DNA of 64,000 nt from Candidatus Peregrinibacteria bacterium (GTDB lineage Bacteria > Patescibacteriota > Gracilibacteria > UBA1369). How positions within the stretch are numbered: the first letter of the stretch is position 1; every line of letters starts with the position of its first letter. The position numbers were made by a program, and so were the translations under genes. Shown piece after piece: positions 63,803 to 64,000 of this stretch. The DNA lies in contig OY970195.1 of assembly GCA_963708185.1 (NCBI GenBank), positions 1,088,001 through 1,152,000 on the forward strand, given 5' to 3'. A model generated the notes under the pieces. That model was given only the letters and a program-made list of their open reading frames with translations, ran no database searches and was not told the DNA's origin.

Positions 63803-64000
63803 GCATGGCTTCGCTATAAACTTTGAGGGTTTCCTGCGTCATTTTCTTCCAGGAGAATTGTTTCACTCTTTGCAGGCCGTTTGCAACCAGTTTTTCGCGC
63901 AGGGACTTTTGACTGACGACGTTGAAAATTTTTTCCGCCATATCGCCCGGGTCTTCGGGATTGAAAAACACTGCGTTCTCCTCTCCGCATATTTCAGGGA
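63795..64000 (-). CDS. Glycosyltransferase family 4, C-terminal fragment (runs off window end)
   Basis: PEICG...FFNPED...LREKLVANGLQRVKQFSWKKMTQETLKVY. Confidence 0.88.
   Translation of the reverse strand, partial: PEICGEENAVFFNPEDPGDMAEKIFNVVSQKSLREKLVANGLQRVKQFSWKKMTQETLKVYSEAMHV

Noticed and set aside
1-64000. Genetic code 25 (TGA = Gly, as in Gracilibacteria) to explain split ORFs
   Set aside because: TGA ends guaA exactly at its conserved EWE terminus and long genes lack internal TGA; the DAHP synthase break needs a frame change, not readthrough.

Overview
A 64 kb chromosomal segment using genetic code 11. It most likely comes from a Patescibacteria (CPR) bacterium, probably Peregrinibacteria-like; this is inferred from the VirB2/TrbC-like pilins, SLH proteins, AT-rich starts lacking Shine-Dalgarno motifs and many large orphan proteins. 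Housekeeping genes include the end of guaA, murI, two DUF881 genes, a TrmH methylase, ybeY, murB, rnj, murD, a flippase, prfB, def, a FemABX gene, ftsZ, ftsA, a 5'-3' exonuclease, khpA, rpsP and DciA/DUF721, plus tRNA-Pro, tRNA-Thr and tRNA-Tyr. The main points of interest are: (1) at 44.7-57.8 kb, an array of four paralogous ~100-120 aa helical proteins interleaved with large orphan proteins that share a non-hydrophobic N-terminal R-x-V-F/Y-x(1-2)-G leader, a candidate chaperone/cargo export system; (2) an HTH-coiled-coil-membrane-anchor gene whose coding and upstream DNA is dense in TGTC..GACA palindromes, a candidate DNA-membrane tether; (3) an 11-gene shikimate/Phe/Tyr operon preceded by an unannotated Phe/Tyr-rich leader-peptide attenuator, with the DAHP synthase gene split by a 1-nt frameshift; (4) a high-GC orphan gene flanked by multi-hairpin structures; and (5) a lactic-acid-bacterium-type pyruvate oxidase after tRNA-Tyr. 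All functional calls rest on motif recognition only; no database searches were run.
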